A stretch of 64,000 nucleotides of DNA from Candidatus Saccharimonadales bacterium. GTDB taxonomy: Bacteria; Patescibacteriota; Saccharimonadia; Saccharimonadales; UBA10212. Positions 38,901 through 47,350 of the stretch are shown here, one piece after another; positions within the stretch are counted from its first letter, which is position 1; the number at the start of each line of letters is the position of its first letter. The DNA is taken from the NCBI GenBank assembly GCA_035758565.1, contig DASTXL010000001.1, positions 396,981 through 460,980 on the forward strand. Reading direction: 5' to 3'. The notes beneath the pieces are model-generated. The model made no database searches. It was given only the letters and a program-made list of their open reading frames with translations, and had not been told where the DNA came from. The translations under genes were made by a program, and so were the position numbers.

Positions 38901-41900
38901 TGTTATTGCCTTCGACTTTCTGGAAATCATAGTCCGCGCTTGAGTCGCCATTGAATCTAAGTGCTATCTGATCGAACTGACTATTCATAGCCGTCCTACC
39001 ATAGACAGCAATTTTGAGCTGGCTATAAGTACCAGGGATACTAGATACATCGAAGCCGGCGGTGTCGCTAGTAAGAGTAGAGTCATAAAGTGTAGTCATC
39101 CCGCCGCCGCCGGAGCCACCGGTTCCGCTAGCCGGCTTAATCAGCGCCCAGACTTTACTGCTGGAAGCTGTACTTGTAGCCTGACCTACCACACCGCCAG
39201 TCGGCGAGCTTGAGGCCATAGCCTCACCTGCGCTGCCGTCCGTAACCAAGTAGTCGCCAATATTGACTGAGTTGGACCCGACATTTATCTGGTAAAGGCC
39301 ACTGACGACAATCGGCTGATATTGCCCAGCGCTCTTGGTTTGAGTGGCGATACCGAATACTTTAGTAGAGTTTGCAGAGGTACTGTCGGTGACCTGTCCG
39401 GCGTTAGCAGTGTCTATGACCACCACATCGCCGGCGGTAACGGCACTCGTGACCTTCATGTTCAAGGTTATACCTTGATTGGCATTGCCCTGATTGGCAA
39501 AACCAATATTACCTTTGACCGTCAGGTTGCCGCTAGGATCTACCGCTAGCAGGTTAGTGTTACTTGAATCTTTGACTTCCAAAATATCGGCGCTTTGTGA
39601 TGTGGCACCTTGGATTACCGCAGTGACGCTACTAGCAGAGCTAGACTGAACATTAAAGTTAGCCGTCTGAGTGGTAGTGCCGTTAGCGATACCAGAGCCG
39701 CCCTGGATCTGCGGGTTGGCGAGAGTAACGCGGATGTAGGCTGGAGCATACGAACCTGTGGTGCCATCACCACTTCCCACATATGCCTGTCCTCCTGATT
39801 CAAAAGCCGCAAATGTAAAGGTGTGCGATCCGGCTGAAGGAGTATATCTATAACTTAGCACCCCTGCTGATGACTGAAACGTAGACGGTGAAGAGCCATC
39901 TGTATTAAATATGCCGGGGATTTTAACCACTGATCCGTTGTCCAAGATGGCGATGAACAAAGTACCACCATTTGTCGCCGGAGCATAGTAATAAGGCGAG
40001 TATACCTCTACATTTATAGGAGTATTGCCGTCCATGGTTATGCTTGGAGCAGTTACGATGGTGGTGTATGATCCAGAGCCAGTGGCAGTAACGGAAATGG
40101 AGTTAGAGTTTCTTTCGGCATAAGCAAGCTCGTAATTTGTATTCGCTGTTTGGCTGCTGGTGCCGGAGCCGCCGCCAGTAGAATAATTAGAATCCGTAAT
40201 CCAGCTCGGGTTAGCGCTCACATCCGGCGAACCGCTATATATAGGAGCGGAGTAGATGCTCCCAGAGTACCCACCAACTCTTATCCCGCCGTATAGATAT
40301 ATGGCATTGCCTACTATTTGCAAGCCACCCATAGTCAAACCGTTGGGCAAAACTGAACCAGTATCAGCCCATCCGTTTACCGGATTGCTAACAGGGGCTC
40401 GCCAGATAAAGTTGGCATAACCACTGTTGTAGTATCCGTCAATTAAATAGATGTAGTTACCTATTATGGCAAGGTTGGTTGAAGCATTAGCCGTCGATCC
40501 AGGGAAGCTGCCGTTAGTCGTGGTCCAGCCAGTTTCAGGACTGGAAACAGGCGCGCGGTAAATAGCATTAACTGTACTACCGGAGCTGTTGATGCCACCA
40601 AACAGGTAAACATAGTTGCCTATAACTGCTACCGAAGACTGCCTAAGCGCCACAGGAACAGTGTGGCCCGTATCAACAACGGTGGCCGGAGAACTTATAG
40701 ATGCCCGATAAATCTCGTTCGTATAAGTGCTGGTGCCATTTAGCCCACCGAAGAAATATATATTGCTGCCAATTATAGCTAAGGATGATTGATTAAGAGC
40801 TAGCCCGCCCGGCAGCGTTCCGGCAGAGCTCCACGAGGTTGGATTGCTAACCGATGCCGTGTATATAGCATTTATTGCTGTACCTGTATTGTCTATGCCG
40901 CCATACAAATAGATGTTGCTGCCCACTATGGCTATTACGCTGTTCCTAACATAGTTTGGCAGATTAAAGCCCGTATAAGTAACATTTGTGGGGTTGGATA
41001 CCGGGGCGGAGTATATTTTGTTTGTCGCCGTAAATGTGGAAAGATCGGCGCCGCCAAAGAAGTAAATAGTGTTCCCTATAGTAACGGTCTGGTTATGGGC
41101 TATGTATGGAACGGTTGCTCCTGTATCAGTGAAGTCGCTCTCCATCAAACCATAGTTGTTGGAGGAGCCAGATGAGCCACCCGCCCCGCCAGCTGGTTTA
41201 ATTAGAGCCCAGGCTTTATTGCTAGATGCCGTACTCATGGTCTGGCCGATAACACCACCAGATGGACTCGCGCTGGTAGTAGCCTGACCGGTGGTAGAGC
41301 TAGTGACTAAGTAGTCGCCAACGTTCACGCTCGTCGCACCCACATTAACTTGGTAAATGCCGCTGATGACGATCGGCTCTGAGCCGCCAGTCTGGGTCTT
41401 GGTAGCAATACCAACGACTTTAGTAGAATTCGCCGTTGTAGAATCCGTCACATAGCCGGCATTGGAAGTATCTATGACCACCACATCGCCGGCGGTTACA
41501 GAGCCGGTGATATTTTCGTTGATAGTAAGGGCCTGGCTAGCATTGCCGGCATTACTAAAGCCAATTGTGCCGCCAACCGAAAGATTACCAGCAATAGAGA
41601 CATTGCCGGTTGGACCGACGTTAAACAAATTAGTTGAACTAGCGTCCTGCACTTCAAACACATCGGCAGATTGGCTGGTTGCGCCTTTCAAAATTCCAGT
41701 GACCGATGTTTGGCTAGAGCTTTGCAAATTAAAATTTCCGGTCTGAACAGTCGTACCATTCTGTATCCCCGCCCCACCCTGCAGCTGTGGATTAGCCAAT
41801 GTAATACGGATATAGCACGGATCATGGTCAGTCGACACGCTAGTGCCACAAAAAATCTGACCTGTACCCGAGCCTACTACTGCTCCTGCCGAAAATGTAT

Positions 41901-44900
41901 GCGCTCCTGCTGAAGGCATTATCCTTCTAGCCGCGCTTACGATTAAGTCCTCCGAAGAGTTTGGATTATAGGCCTGGCCTAAGGATCCAACAGGAGAACC
42001 ATCTTCATAAAGAATAATGTTCGTAACAACACCCGCACCAGGAGACCGGACTATTGGTGCATAGAATTCCACCATAACTGGTGTATTGCCGCTGAATGTT
42101 AACGAAGGCGCCGTAACCACCGTGTTTGGCGATGCGGGGTTGGTGGAAGTCACATTTATTTGGCCGGTGGAATTCTCGGTGTATGCCAATTCAGTACTTG
42201 TGGTTGTTGTCTGACTACTAGTGCCGGAACCACTACCGCCTAGAGAATAATTAGAATCTACCTTCCAGCTTGGATTAGAGCTTAAGTCTGGCCCGCCATT
42301 ATATATAGGAGCAGACTGAATAGTATTCTGTACGCTGCTTCCGTTGTAGCCACCTAGCAGATAAAGCGCGTTGCCTACAACCTGAATTGAGCCGTAGGTA
42401 GTGGCGGTTGGCAGGAAGTTGCCAACACTCGTCCACCCGGCGACCGGATCGTTAATTGGAGCACGATAGACCGCCTGCGTAATAGTGCCGCCTGGCTGGC
42501 CACCGATGAGATAAACGTAGTTGCCAATGATAGCCAGCTGCTGCCCTGTGGCGGCTACCGCATTGTAGTTGGTATATGTCCAAGTCAATGGATCGGAAAC
42601 TGAGGCACGGTAAACCCCGCTAAAGTAAGCGCTTCCATTATAGCCACCAAACACGTAGACATAGTTGCCTATAACAGCCAGTTGGGATCCAAACATGTTC
42701 AATGGCATGACATGCGAACCATTGGCAACCGAACTCATATTAGACCAGGTCAATGGATCGGAAACTGAGGCACGGTAAATTACATTCGTCGCCCCAGCAC
42801 CGCTGGAAGCCGCCCCGTTATTTCCTCCGTACAGATAGATGTAATTGCCAATTATAGCCAGCTGCGAACTTGCTAGATTACCCGGAAGCGTAGCTCCGGT
42901 ATCGACCCAAGTAGTTGGGTCAGATACGCTAGCACGGTAAATAACATTCGTCGCATTGTTACCACTTGTTCCACCGAAACCGCCAAACATATAAATGTAG
43001 TTGCCGATGATAGCGGTCTGTGACTGGCCAAGGTTATTGGGCAGTGTTTTGCCTGTGTCGGTCCAGCTGGTTGGATTAGATGTTGTTGCGGTGTAAATAG
43101 TCTTCGTATAAGTAGTAGGAAAGACGGAAGAACCGCCAAGCATGTACAGGTTGTTGCCCACCGTGATTACTGAAGCCTCAGCTCGTGCGGCCGGAAGTGT
43201 TCCGGCGCTTGTCCAGTCGCTCTCCATCAAGCCGTAGTTATTACTGGAGCTTGAGCCACCACCGCCCGCACCAGACGCCGGCTTAATGAGTGCCCATGCC
43301 TTACCACCAGACGCGGTAGACATAGCTTGGCCAACAATTCCTCCGGATGGCGACGAGCTGGACTGAGCTTGACCGGTGGTAGATGAAGTAACTAGGTAGT
43401 CGCCAACATTGACAGTTCCAGTTACATTGACTTGATAGATACCAGAAACTACCACCGGCTCGGAGCCGCCAGTTTGAGTCTTAGTAGCTATACCAAACAC
43501 TTGAGTGGAGTTAGAAGAAGATGAATCTTTAACGTAGCCGGCATTGGCAGCATCTATAACCACCACATCACCTGCGGTTACAGAACCGGTGATGTTTTCG
43601 TTGATGGTGAGGCCTTGATTCTCATTGCCGGTATTTGAGAAACCAATGGTCCCGCCAACGCTCAGGTTACCAGCTACACTCACGTTGCCAGCCGCACTGA
43701 CGCTCAAAAGATTGGCATTGCTAGCGTCCTGAACGTCCAGTACATCAGCAGTCTGGCCCGTAGTACCGTGGATGGTCGCCGTCACGCTGCTAGCGGTAAT
43801 ACTTTGGATGTTGAAGTTCGCACCCGTCTGCAAAGCCGTACCATTTTGGATACCACCACCACCCTGCAGGCTTGGATTAGCCAGAGTAACACGGATATAG
43901 CCAGGGATCGTGTTGGTTCCGCTAACCTGAGCGCCCGAGCCGCCATCTTGATCAGCCGAAATTGTAAACGTATGTGAACCAATCGAAGGTGTAAGCTCCG
44001 TCGTCAGGTAAACAGTATCGTAGTCGGTGGTGGTAGAGCCGGAATTATTGGTATGCCCAACATACCCAAGCCTATCCACAAGCGAGCCGTCCTCATAAAG
44101 ATTAAACTCAGTGTGCGCTGACTGAGAGTTGGGAACTCCGTTATACTGCGGCGCATAAAACTCTACCATAACCGGAGAACCATCATAGGTAGCAGATGCC
44201 GAAGTTACGATCGTGGTTGCGGATGTGCCAATAGAATGTGTCCCCGTGAAAGTAGTGTATGCCAGCTGATAGTTGGACGCTTGGCTGCCGCTTGAACCGG
44301 AGCCACTAGAAGAAATATATGGATCGCCGTTGCCGCCGTTATACAAGTCCGAAACTTCCTGGGCGGAAAGCACTTTATTCCACAAACCGACTTCGTCAAT
44401 GCTGCCTTTGAAGTAGTTACTGCCGGATCGTCCGCCAAGATAGTAGTGTGAGCCCGTGCTAAAACCAGTAGAATAGGCAACTGGATTAGCCGAATCTGCT
44501 ACTCCGTCTACATAGAATCTTAGCTGACTGCCACTATATGTCATCACAACGTGGTGCCAGCTTGTTGTGTCAGTTATGGCTATGTTTCCGGACGCCCCGC
44601 TTATGCCAATTTTACCGAAGGATACTTTACAGCTACCATTGAGAAGATAGAAGCCATAACCATTGTTGTCACCACCCAGTATATAGCTGCCAACGCCTGA
44701 ACAAGTAGGATCATTATTTTTTATCCAGGCGGATATGGACAACGTGGAAGTTTGATTCAGGGTGTTGCCGTTACCCAAATCTACGTAGTCGCTAGTCCCG
44801 TTAAAGCTCCTGGCATAGTTCTTTTTACCGCCAGTTATGGTCGTACCGTTAGCCACGCCGTAGTTAGTGTTTACCGAATCTTTGACGGTTGTACCGGATG

Positions 44901-47088
44901 CTTCGTCCAGGTTCCAGTAAGACATCAACCCTGTGGTCAACGAATTGCCAGAATCAACCGCGAATCCAGAGTAACTGCTGCTGGAGCCGCTACCGCCACC
45001 GCCGCTCCCTACTCCACTGCTTGGGTTTATATAAACCCAAACCGTGCCGTTGCTGCCAGAAGATTTAGAGCTCAGCGCTTGGCCGATCGTCCCGCCAGTT
45101 GGTGATGTTGAATCAGTACCAAGGCCGGTGGTTGAACTGGTAACTATGTAATCACCCACGTTCACTGCCGCAGTGTCAACATTCACCTGATAGACGCCGC
45201 TCACCACAATCGGTTGAGCTACGCCAGCGCTATTTGTCGTGGTCGCCACGCCGAAAATCTTAGTGGAATTAGCCGAAGTACTATCTGTCACCTGCCCAGC
45301 GTTGCTGGAATCTATAACCACGATGTCGCCGGCTGTAGTGGCCGATGTAACCACCATGTTAAGATCAATCCCCTGATTGGCGTTACCGGTGTTGGTAAAG
45401 CCAATACTAGAAGTGGTGGTCAAGTTACCAACAACCTGAAGGCTATCATCAGTTTTTAGTGCGTTGTTGCCGGATCGATAAAGGTTGACGTCCGTACCAA
45501 AGTATAAGCCGCCACTAGCGGTTGTAGTGTTGGTGCCGACATTCAAAAGTCCATTTGTGGTAGTGGAGCCGATGCCCACCTGGCCAGCCGAAGCAATAGT
45601 CACGGCTTGGACTCGTGACGACCATCCGCTCTGAAGGTTTGTATAAAATGTAATCGTATTATCTGATGTAAGCGCCAAATTCTCGTTGGAATAGGCGATG
45701 TTTGCTGCCGCGGTCGCAGCCGACTCACCAGAGCCTAAGATTGTTGAGCCGCCGGCACCAATGGCAATGCCAGCCCCATTGGCATCTTCGCCATACTTGT
45801 TAACAATAACCCCGTTGTACGTGCCCGCCAGATTGATATTGCCACCTACGGTTAATGTGCCGCCAACTACACCCGTTCCACTGATATTGAAGTTGGAACT
45901 TGGCTGCTGTGATGTGCCGTTTTGGATATAGTACGACGAACCAGAAGCGGCCGTACAGCCGGTACTTGAACAAATTTGCACACCACCCACGCGGTAAACT
46001 CCAGAGACGTTGGCGTCGCCGCCTACGTCCAGCGTGTAGCCTGGAGTAATGCTACTGCCGATAGCAATGCGTACGTTTTGAACTCCGCCGGCACCATCCG
46101 ATTCGCCGTAAACAGTAAAGGCGTTGGTTGAGCCAACTCGCATAGTGTAGCTTTCTGGCGTACCAGTGGCAGCCGAGCTATCAATGGGTAAATCACTGAA
46201 AGTCACCTGGCCAGCATCTGTTGGCAAGACAATACCGCCATCTATAGCCAGCGCAGCACCTAGTTGAATTTGGTTGTTTGAATTAACTTGCAGGATGTTT
46301 ACGTTGCCGGTGCCACTAGCATCAACCGCGTTAATCCACGCACTGTTGGCGATAGTCAACGCACCCTGCGGGTTTGTAACACCAATGCCCAACGCCCCGG
46401 CCACGTCAAAGCTGCCGTCAGTTTTGATGGTTCCAGATGCCGAACGATAAAGATTGGCAGTAGTGTCGCCGCCGAACGTCAAAGCACTGGACGAACCAGT
46501 GGCATTAGGCAAAGATATCTGGTTACCAGAAGTTGTGAGCAGCGTAGAGCCGCTAGAGTTTTGGATCTGAGCAGCGGCATTGGCTTTGAACGCGTACGGG
46601 ATAGCGGTCAGTTGGATGCGCGGATTCATCTCGCCATCCCAGCTTGGGCTGCCGGTACCGCCGATATTCATGGTTAACCATAGCTGCTGGTCCCAGGGCA
46701 TAGTGGATGGGAATGGATTAACCGATCCCAGGTTAACAGTCAGGTAACCATCAACCACTCTAACCTGGTTGCCACTGGTGCGAGTTTCGTACCATAAACA
46801 GTGAGCATCACCACTACACGACCCCTGCCCCGAACCGGTTGACGAGCTGGCATCGTAGATCTTGAACTCGACATTGTAGTTGCCGTCTTGCACGATAGCA
46901 CCGGTAGAACTCATCAAGCGAGCTTGGAAGTTTAAGTAACTACTCGTGACAGCCGTGGCGGTCGGTGCGCCAGAAAAACAAACAGCCAAAACGCCAAACA
47001 GCCCCATTAAGGGGCCGGCCAGGGCAATTCGAATGCTTTTACGCACGCGTAGTAAATAATCACGCGCCCGCAAGGAGCTTTTAGGCAT
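32998..47088 (-). CDS. giant secreted or anchored surface protein (4696 aa) built of six tandem modules of about 2 kb, with four Kelch-like beta-propellers
   Basis: N-terminal signal peptide. A LamG_3-type domain (LMSYWNLDEASG...WHHVVMTYSG...DEVGLWN, about nt 44390-44950). The modules recur six times with the motif LQGGxGIxNGTxxQTxNFNxQS, roughly every 2 kb. There are four Kelch-type propellers (GNxIYxFGG blades with a conserved W). A glycine-rich segment lies at about nt 37980-38480. The C-terminal Cys domain is homologous to that of the 2096-aa protein. Only 8 nt separate its stop from the next gene start. Confidence 0.85.
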   Translation of the reverse strand: MPKSSLRARDYLLRVRKSIRIALAGPLMGLFGVLAVCFSGAPTATAVTSSYLNFQARLMSSTGAIVQDGNYNVEFKIYDASSSTGSGQGSCSGDAHCLWYETRTSGNQVRVVDGYLTVNLGSVNPFPSTMPWDQQLWLTMNIGGTGSPSWDGEMNPRIQLTAIPYAFKANAAAQIQNSSGSTLLTTSGNQISLPNATGSSSALTFGGDTTANLYRSASGTIKTDGSFDVAGALGIGVTNPQGALTIANSAWINAVDASGTGNVNILQVNSNNQIQLGAALAIDGGIVLPTDAGQVTFSDLPIDSSAATGTPESYTMRVGSTNAFTVYGESDGAGGVQNVRIAIGSSITPGYTLDVGGDANVSGVYRVGGVQICSSTGCTAASGSSYYIQNGTSQQPSSNFNISGTGVVGGTLTVGGNINLAGTYNGVIVNKYGEDANGAGIAIGAGGSTILGSGESAATAAANIAYSNENLALTSDNTITFYTNLQSGWSSRVQAVTIASAGQVGIGSTTTNGLLNVGTNTTTASGGLYFGTDVNLYRSGNNALKTDDSLQVVGNLTTTSSIGFTNTGNANQGIDLNMVVTSATTAGDIVVIDSSNAGQVTDSTSANSTKIFGVATTTNSAGVAQPIVVSGVYQVNVDTAAVNVGDYIVTSSTTGLGTDSTSPTGGTIGQALSSKSSGSNGTVWVYINPSSGVGSGGGGSGSSSSYSGFAVDSGNSLTTGLMSYWNLDEASGTTVKDSVNTNYGVANGTTITGGKKNYARSFNGTSDYVDLGNGNTLNQTSTLSISAWIKNNDPTCSGVGSYILGGDNNGYGFYLLNGSCKVSFGKIGISGASGNIAITDTTSWHHVVMTYSGSQLRFYVDGVADSANPVAYSTGFSTGSHYYLGGRSGSNYFKGSIDEVGLWNKVLSAQEVSDLYNGGNGDPYISSSGSGSSGSQASNYQLAYTTFTGTHSIGTSATTIVTSASATYDGSPVMVEFYAPQYNGVPNSQSAHTEFNLYEDGSLVDRLGYVGHTNNSGSTTTDYDTVYLTTELTPSIGSHTFTISADQDGGSGAQVSGTNTIPGYIRVTLANPSLQGGGGIQNGTALQTGANFNIQSITASSVTATIHGTTGQTADVLDVQDASNANLLSVSAAGNVSVAGNLSVGGTIGFSNTGNENQGLTINENITGSVTAGDVVVIDAANAGYVKDSSSSNSTQVFGIATKTQTGGSEPVVVSGIYQVNVTGTVNVGDYLVTSSTTGQAQSSSSPSGGIVGQAMSTASGGKAWALIKPASGAGGGGSSSSNNYGLMESDWTSAGTLPAARAEASVITVGNNLYMLGGSSVFPTTYTKTIYTATTSNPTSWTDTGKTLPNNLGQSQTAIIGNYIYMFGGFGGTSGNNATNVIYRASVSDPTTWVDTGATLPGNLASSQLAIIGNYIYLYGGNNGAASSGAGATNVIYRASVSDPLTWSNMSSVANGSHVMPLNMFGSQLAVIGNYVYVFGGYNGSAYFSGVYRASVSDPLTWTYTNYNAVAATGQQLAIIGNYVYLIGGQPGGTITQAVYRAPINDPVAGWTSVGNFLPTATTYGSIQVVGNALYLLGGYNGSSVQNTIQSAPIYNGGPDLSSNPSWKVDSNYSLGGSGSGTSSQTTTTSTELAYTENSTGQINVTSTNPASPNTVVTAPSLTFSGNTPVMVEFYAPIVRSPGAGVVTNIILYEDGSPVGSLGQAYNPNSSEDLIVSAARRIMPSAGAHTFSAGAVVGSGTGQIFCGTSVSTDHDPCYIRITLANPQLQGGAGIQNGTTVQTGNFNLQSSSQTSVTGILKGATSQSADVFEVQDASSTNLFNVGPTGNVSIAGNLSVGGTIGFSNAGNASQALTINENITGSVTAGDVVVIDTSNAGYVTDSTTANSTKVVGIATKTQTGGSEPIVISGIYQVNVGATSVNVGDYLVTSSTTGQATTSASPSGGVIGQTMSTASSNKAWALIKPAGGAGGSSGSSNNYGLMESDFTDTGATVPYIAHNQTVTIGNTIYFFGGADLSTFTATNKIYSAPVSNPTNVTYTGFNLPNYVRNSVIAIVGSNIYLYGGIDNTGTAINAIYTASVSNPTSWSSAGTLPGGLALNQSSLAIIGSNIYFFGGLNGTSTYTNEIYRASISSPATVVDTGHTVPVALRQSSVAVIGNYVYLFGGINSSGSTVNAIYRAPVSSPETGWTTTNGSFPGSTANASTNLAIIGNYIYLIDGYYNSGYANFIWRAPVSNPVNGWADTGSVLPNGLTMGGLQIVGNAIYLYGGIRVGGYSGSIYSAPIYSGSPDVSANPSWITDSNYSTGGGSGTSSQTANTNYELAYAERNSNSISVTATGSGSYTTIVTAPSITMDGNTPINVEVYSPYYYAPATNGGTLFIAILDNGSVVKIPGIFNTDGSSPSTFQSSAGVLSYRYTPSAGSHTFTFAAFESGGQAYVGSGDGTTGSYAPAYIRVTLANPQIQGGSGIANGTTTQTANFNVQSSSASSVTAVIQGATSQSADILEVKDSSNTNLLAVDPSGNLTVKGNIGFANQGNANQGITLNMKVTSAVTAGDVVVIDTANAGQVTDSTSANSTKVFGIATQTKSAGQYQPIVVSGLYQINVGSNSVNIGDYLVTDGSAGEAMASSSPTGGVVGQATSTASSSKVWALIKPASGTGGSGGGGMTTLYDSTLTSDTAGFDVSSIPGTYSQLKIAVYGRTAMNSQFDQIALRFNGDSSADYDFQKVEGNNTAVNGAANTGMSSASIGWLPGSSASNNTFAAGSSEATITNYAGTSFHKSFTAINSSNVAYTAASLDGSTWSDTWTSTSAINRIQVISMNGSNFKAGSRLVIYGIGGSNSGGSGSGGSGIVGVQTYTSGSGTFNLPAGVTSLQVELVGGGGGGGLGNQYGSGGGGGAGGYVRKFISSPSSSYSYAVGAAGAPWGGGAHTSGGTTAFGALSATGGTDAGGGTAPAGGTGGTGTGGDVNVTGGTGNDGAYNYTGQSGGNGGASYFGGGGAGGNYTTAGGAGVAYGSGGGGAGGISSSSLSGGYGAGGVIIVTEYGTSLQGGGGIQNGTTLQIGANFNIQSASPSSVTATIHGTSGQSADILDVQNSSNINLLSVDPNGNTFVAGNLNVGGTIGFSNIGNQNQGISLNMVVTSSVTAGDVVVVDTTTAGQVTDSTTANSTKVFGVATTTNSAGVSQPIIVSGIYQVNVDTAAVNIGDYLVTSSTTGMATSSSSPSGGVIGQALSAKAAGSNGTVWARINPGNGAGGSGSGSGYGLMESDFIDTGATLPVAPGLVEGAPATIGNYVYMFGGATGAGAGVTTIMRAPVSNPTSWTAVGNLPSGANLYSSQLAIIGSKIYLFGGAIAGASTANIYSANVSDPVGSWTLAGSLSTSLTSSSLAIIGSNIYLFGGYHTGTGYINTIYTASVSNPLSWSTAGSIAPASSGIGDSNLAVIGNYVYLFAGANGSSTLNTIYRAPISSPTSWVNSGGTIPNAGTGSGLDNSSLAIVGNYVYLLGGYNGGYVSVIFRAPVTDPVWGWATTAYMNGVLVDSRVSIVGNALYVWGGYTGTAYSNKIYSAPIINGSPDVSSNPSWITDSNVGTGGSGTSSQTANNNTELAYSEFTAPVTVSATSASTANTVVTATSISSDGNTPVVVEFFAPRVDAGADGHTIVSLYEDGSSIGDIFGQVYSGANMQGYDPVHVTRRLTPTAGAHTFSIRAWRINANGTVEAGPGGTGGTTFVPGYIRVVLANPQIQGGSGINNGTTTQTANFNIQSASGNNPTAIIQGASSQSADILDVRNSSGSNLLSVDANGNLGITGAIGFNNSGNASQIMTVNETVTTSVNANDVVVIDTNNAGQVTTTTLANSTKVFGVATKTMSAGQSQPIAISGIYQVNVDTAAVNVGDYLVTSGTAGKATDSAYPSGGIIGQAMSAKTAGSNGTVWVRLNPGNGAGGSGSGAGYGLMESDWTNAGTLPANMYGGQVATIGNTIYLFGGNVGGSTSQHVYTAPVSNPTSWTDQGAKLPGALEESQVAVVGSYVYLFGGYNGSAATNVIYYAPVSDPINSWQTAAGTLPGNLVNSQLAIIGSNIYLFGGASAVNTAGNVIYTASISSPTSWSSAGTLGFNIFFSQLAVIGNYVYMFGGNNGGGPMRNIYRAAISSPTSWVSTGYTLNTNMQNATILIVGDHIYLMAGTTVQEAPINNPLLWAATDSLPSSSYLSPAFIAGNAAYVLGGSGVSVIQSAPIYDGGPDLSSNPSWKIDSNGGSGGGSGTSSQTSGSNYQLAYNQFTSPVTISATSESTANTVVTASSFTADGATPYMIEFYTPEIDFNNAAYPSLTFVLYEDGSSIGKMGQTIISNNVGALTFTGIMESREITPSAGAHTFSIRAYEAVSNATVQGGNGGSGNYVPGYIRVTLANPSLQGGSGINNGTTTQTGNINIQSSSASNPTMVLQGATSQSADILDVKNSSGSILFNVGPTGNVSVAGNLAVSGTVVLGASTSDPGCTNGGLYYNTTSYQIRGCANGAWNSLNGIDIVTTIPTTNLHDGETVYLKVSAPADYLKLTYDAAQGHWYSEADATINELPSATTLNSSAWSPYGAMPLSNCMSLYNAGLRPQIYVSGYMNSSGTGTTTYIRASLYTHGGSSASPYGSLWATGPSVSVFANNVYQIANWTDATYSGAPANAECELSVEYNTASVNATYENLGAMVRWRSQ

Positions 47089-47350
47089 GTTTTACCTGTT
47101 TATTTTAGTTTTAAGGTTTTTGTCTTGCCTTGCAGTTTTAGCCCACGTTTTCTGCTAAAAGCGCAATAAGACTAGTTACAGATTACGCTTCCCTGTGGAC
47201 AATGTCAACGAAAGTGCTCATGTTTTCCACACCTTGTCTCCAGGTAGACTCAGTCACTGGGGCTTGAAACCACTACACATTTCGGCAAAAAAAGTTACTA
47301 TTTTGTGGGATACTCAATTGAATATTTATCTGTTGACTAACCTTATAGTA

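Noticed and set aside
21828-47088. Dozens of 60-180 aa plus-strand ORFs inside the giant minus-strand genes
   Set aside because: They are antisense to long, repeat-rich coding sequence with clear domain content. They have no ribosome-binding sites or domain signals.
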